A DNA stretch of 16,897 nucleotides from a virus: the UHGV virus genome UHGV-0124835; one strand, 5' to 3'. The notes under the pieces were generated by a model. The model ran no database searches. It had not been told where the DNA came from and saw only the letters and a list, made by a program, of their open reading frames with translations. The translations under genes and the position numbers were made by a program. Below, piece after piece: positions 13,755 to 16,897 of the stretch (position 1 is its first letter; every line of letters begins with the position of its first letter).

Positions 13755-15151
13755 CCAGCCAGAACACCCCGGCATGGCGTAACGATGACCTGGAAGGCGC
13801 TGTCATCGGTGCGTTTTTTCTGCGTGGGGCCGATCCGGAAGTGATGGATATTCTGGCCACACTTCCGGCGGATGTATTTTTTGTGCGTCAGTACCGGGAT
13901 ATTTACGCGGGGATTTGCAGACAGGCTCGCATATCCGGCGTCATTGACCCCGTACTGCTGTGCAATGAGATGCCGGAACTTGCCCCGGTGATTACCGACA
14001 CCGGACGCAAAACCTGGGTGAAGTCTTCACTGGAGCACTATGTCGCAGCGTTGCGGCGCAATGCCGCACTGCGCGATGCAGAAAAAACACTGACTGAAGC
14101 ATTACAGAATTTACGTGATGCGTATACCTGTGAAGCAGCCGAGGATGCCCTGAAGGATGCGCAGAACATGATGGCCTCACTGTCGACCGGAAAGGGCGTC
14201 ATTCAGCCGGTTCACATTGATGATGTCCTTCCGGAAGTGGTCGACCGTGTTGAATGCCGCAATCAGGGACTGGAGAAATCCAGGGCGCTGATGACCGGTA
14301 TTGATGAACTGGACGCAAAAACGGGCGGTATGGAGCCCGGAGACCTGGTATTCATTGCCGCCCGTCCTTCGATGGGGAAAACCGAACTTGCGCTGGACAT
14401 CATCGACAAGGTGACTGAGCAGGGGCATGGCGTGCTTCTGTTCACCATGGAGATGGCGAACATCCAGATTGGTGAACGTATGGTGTCTGCTGCCGGTGGA
14501 ATGCCGGTATCCCGTCTTAAGTCTGTTGCCCGTTTTGAAGATGAAGACTGGGCGCGTTTCACGCAGGGCGTGGGACGAATGACGGGGCGTAATATCTGGA
14601 TGGTGGACCAGGCAAACCTGACCATTGATGAGATATGTGCAACCACGAAGCACCACCGGATGAAACACCCGGAAACGGCGCTGGTGGTGGTCGATTACCT
14701 CGGCCTGATTAAAACCCGCAGCACGGGGCGTCACGACCTTGCGGTGGGGGAAATCTCAAAGGGACTTAAAAGCCTGGCAAAATCCGGCGGTTTTCCGCTG
14801 ATTGCTCTGAGCCAGCTCTCCCGCGGCGTGGAATCCAGACCCAATAAACGCCCAATGAACTCGGACCTGAAAAACTCCGGGGAAATCGAGGCGGATGCCG
14901 ACATCATTCTGATGCTTTACAGGGATGAGGTATACAACCCGGAAACTCAGGCCAGAGGCATAGCAGAAATCAACATCACGAAACAGCGTAATGGCACGCT
15001 GGGTACCATTTACCGGCGTTTTCATAACGGGCATTTTCTGCCTGTGGATCAGGAGAGTGCCCGGGTTCTTTCCACACCCATGACGCCGGGCAATCCGCGC
15101 AGATACAGCAATAACCGCATGTCGGGCAGTAAAACGGAGCGTTTATTTTGA
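13751..15151 (+). CDS. DnaB-like replicative DNA helicase
   Basis: 466-aa ORF, ATGA-coupled with GGAGGTG upstream; Walker A GDLVFIAARPSMGKTELALDI and overall DnaB-family organisation. Confidence 0.9.
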   Translation: MTSQNTPAWRNDDLEGAVIGAFFLRGADPEVMDILATLPADVFFVRQYRDIYAGICRQARISGVIDPVLLCNEMPELAPVITDTGRKTWVKSSLEHYVAALRRNAALRDAEKTLTEALQNLRDAYTCEAAEDALKDAQNMMASLSTGKGVIQPVHIDDVLPEVVDRVECRNQGLEKSRALMTGIDELDAKTGGMEPGDLVFIAARPSMGKTELALDIIDKVTEQGHGVLLFTMEMANIQIGERMVSAAGGMPVSRLKSVARFEDEDWARFTQGVGRMTGRNIWMVDQANLTIDEICATTKHHRMKHPETALVVVDYLGLIKTRSTGRHDLAVGEISKGLKSLAKSGGFPLIALSQLSRGVESRPNKRPMNSDLKNSGEIEADADIILMLYRDEVYNPETQARGIAEINITKQRNGTLGTIYRRFHNGHFLPVDQESARVLSTPMTPGNPRRYSNNRMSGSKTERLF

Positions 15152-15405
15152 ACAACAGAACAATCACTGTTTCACCGGAACAACTTCGTCGGCAGGCGCA
15201 GGAGATGCTTCGTTGTGCTGAACAGATGGAAAAAACGAGCGTGGCAAAAGATACGCTCCGCAAGCAGCTTACTCCGGCGCTTCGTGATCTGCTGCAGGCA
15301 AAACACCGTACACAAAAGGCGGTGGATGAGCTGGTGGATTGCGTGGAGGAACTGGAAGGACAGGTAAGCCAGTTTGAAATACTGGTGAAGGAGTTTACTG
15401 CGTGA
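15148..15405 (+). CDS. hypothetical coiled-coil protein (85 aa)
   Basis: TTG start overlapping the dnaB-like stop with ACGGAG 8 nt upstream; the start codon is uncertain. Confidence 0.5.
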   Translation: MNNRTITVSPEQLRRQAQEMLRCAEQMEKTSVAKDTLRKQLTPALRDLLQAKHRTQKAVDELVDCVEELEGQVSQFEILVKEFTA

Positions 15406-15426
15406 TGACTGAGTTTTTTTCTCTGT

Positions 15427-16446
15427 ATGCATTCAATATCGTTTGCTGAGGTGACCGTGAGAGCACTGCTGACCCCTGAAATTGCCCCGCGTATGGGGAT
15501 TGTATTGTTCAGGCCCGGTTCAGAGCTGATGCCCCTGTTTATGCAGGGGCGTGTCCTGCTGGAGCCTGAGCCGGAACGTTATTCATCTTTCGCCAGTGGT
15601 GCCGTTCCGGCGGCATCACAACCGCTGGCGGATGATCCTGCCGTTCGGGCCGTGTTCCGCAATGAGGCAGTGATCCGTCGTGCTGGTGGCGTGGAATGTC
15701 TTGAAAGCTGGTTACTTCGTGAAAAAGGCTGCCAGTGGCCTCATTCCGACTGGCACAGCGAGAACATGACCACAATGCGACACGCTCCGGGTGCAATCCG
15801 TCTGTGCTGGCACTGCGATAACCAGCTGCGCGATCAGTTCACGGAACGGCTGGAATCAATGGCAACGGATAACTGTGCCCGCTGGGTGTTGTCTGTTGTG
15901 CGTCGGGATCTCGGTTTTGATGACAGTCACGTTGTGACAATGCCGGAACTGTGCTGGTGGCTGATTCGTAATGACCTGGCGGATGCCTTACCGGAAAGTG
16001 CAGCCCGTAAGGCACTGAGATTACCGAAGCCTGTTGTGCCGTCTGTCACCCGGGAAAGTGACCTTGTGCCTTCGGTTCCTGCCACCAGCATCATCCAGGA
16101 TAAAGCGAAAAAGGTGCTGGCGCTGAAAGTGGATCCGGAGTCGCCGGAGTCTTTTATGTTACGCCCAAAACGTCGTCGCTGGGTTAATGAAAAGTACACG
16201 CGCTGGGTTAAGACGCAGCCGTGTGCATGTTGTGGTAAGCCAGCCGACGATCCTCATCACCTGATTGGTCATGGTCAGGGTGGAATGGGTACAAAAGCGC
16301 ATGACCTTTTTGTGTTGCCTTTGTGCAGAAAACACCATGACGAACTACATGCGGATACCGTGGCATTTGAAGAGAAGTATGGTTCCCAACTGGAGCTGAT
16401 ATTTCGTTTTATCGATCGCGCGCTGGCGATTGGTGTGCTGTCCTGA
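15427..16446 (+). CDS. DUF968-like phage protein with Cys/His-rich C-terminal motif
   Basis: 339-aa ORF; C-terminal region ...[48 protein letters not shown]... resembles DUF968 proteins found upstream of Q genes in lambdoid prophages. The start could instead be the in-frame GTG at about 15457, which has a GAGG SD. Confidence 0.7.
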   Translation: MHSISFAEVTVRALLTPEIAPRMGIVLFRPGSELMPLFMQGRVLLEPEPERYSSFASGAVPAASQPLADDPAVRAVFRNEAVIRRAGGVECLESWLLREKGCQWPHSDWHSENMTTMRHAPGAIRLCWHCDNQLRDQFTERLESMATDNCARWVLSVVRRDLGFDDSHVVTMPELCWWLIRNDLADALPESAARKALRLPKPVVPSVTRESDLVPSVPATSIIQDKAKKVLALKVDPESPESFMLRPKRRRWVNEKYTRWVKTQPCACCGKPADDPHHLIGHGQGGMGTKAHDLFVLPLCRKHHDELHADTVAFEEKYGSQLELIFRFIDRALAIGVLS

Positions 16447-16463
16447 TTTTGTGGAGAAAGTTG

Positions 16464-16847
16464 ATGCGTGATATTCAGATGGTTCTCGAACGCTGGGGAG
16501 CGTGGGCGGCTAATAATCATGAAGATGTGACCTGGTCGTCCATTGCCGCCGGTTTTAAGGGATTAATTACTTCAAAAGTAAAATCTCGCCCGCAATGTTG
16601 TGACGATGACGCGATGATTATTTGCGGGTGCATGGCCCGTCTGAAAAAGAACAACAGCGATTTGCACGATTTATTAGTAGATTATTATGTAGTCGGTATG
16701 ACATTCATGTCACTGGCAGGTAAGCATTGCTGCTCTGATGGTTATATCGGGAAAAGGTTACAGAAGGCTGAGGGCATAATTGAAGGGATGTTAATGGCAT
16801 TAGATATCCGGTTAGAGATGGATATCGTTGTTAATAACTCTAATTAA
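16464..16847 (+). CDS. antitermination protein Q-like (Phage_antitermQ family; resembles DLP12 QuuD from memory)
   Basis: Track ORF trimmed to the ATG at 16464 preceded by GGAGAAAG; 127-aa product [24 protein letters not shown]... with Cys-rich segments, positioned as the last early gene. Confidence 0.7.
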   Translation: MRDIQMVLERWGAWAANNHEDVTWSSIAAGFKGLITSKVKSRPQCCDDDAMIICGCMARLKKNNSDLHDLLVDYYVVGMTFMSLAGKHCCSDGYIGKRLQKAEGIIEGMLMALDIRLEMDIVVNNSN

Positions 16848-16880
16848 TATGCCAATTGTTTACTAAAAATTATTAAAAAT

Positions 16881-16897
16881 GGGGCGTTGCAACGCCC
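16881..16897 (+). other. perfect palindromic hairpin at the window edge
   Basis: GGGGCGTTGCAACGCCC, 34 nt downstream of the Q stop; the window ends before any T-tract could be seen. Confidence 0.3.

Noticed and set aside
14177-14734. Minus-strand 185-aa and 127-aa ORFs inside the dnaB-like gene
   Set aside because: They are antisense to a strongly supported helicase gene with conserved Walker motifs and are Arg/His/Pro-rich, as expected for reverse-frame ORFs in GC-rich coding DNA.

Overview
This window reads as the left ~17 kb of a lambdoid enterobacterial prophage, running from the integrase at the left edge to a Q-type antiterminator at the right. All calls come from reading the sequence and the ORF track; no database or structure search was run, and family names are motif-level recollection. 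Coordinates I derived by hand (starts inside track ORFs, hairpins, repeats) may be off by 1-2 nt. Layout: integrase and excisionase (minus strand, attL presumably at or beyond position 1); a leftward early operon of small accessory genes (1.6-6.1 kb); a cI-like S24 repressor (7384-8073) divergent from a Cro/YdaS-like gene (8207-8479), with a terminator and an independent two-gene module downstream of cI; three tandem Rha-family genes (8.96-11.15 kb); then a translationally coupled rightward operon with an O-like replication organizer, DnaC-like loader, DnaB-like helicase, a DUF968-like protein and Q. The strongest finding is that the second and third Rha genes are each preceded by a near-identical sigma70-like promoter and a ~280-nt structured leader. 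The two leaders differ by fully compensatory stem changes (a GAAA versus a UUCG tetraloop hairpin) and each carries a 12-nt loop complementary to the Shine-Dalgarno region of its own Rha gene and to an upstream direct repeat, with loop and targets co-varying between modules. This matches the P1/P7 c4 antisense RNA (immI) logic, here as two tandem modules of different specificity. Secondary candidates are the two-gene module in the rexAB-equivalent position and a convergent gene wedged between cro and the Rha genes.
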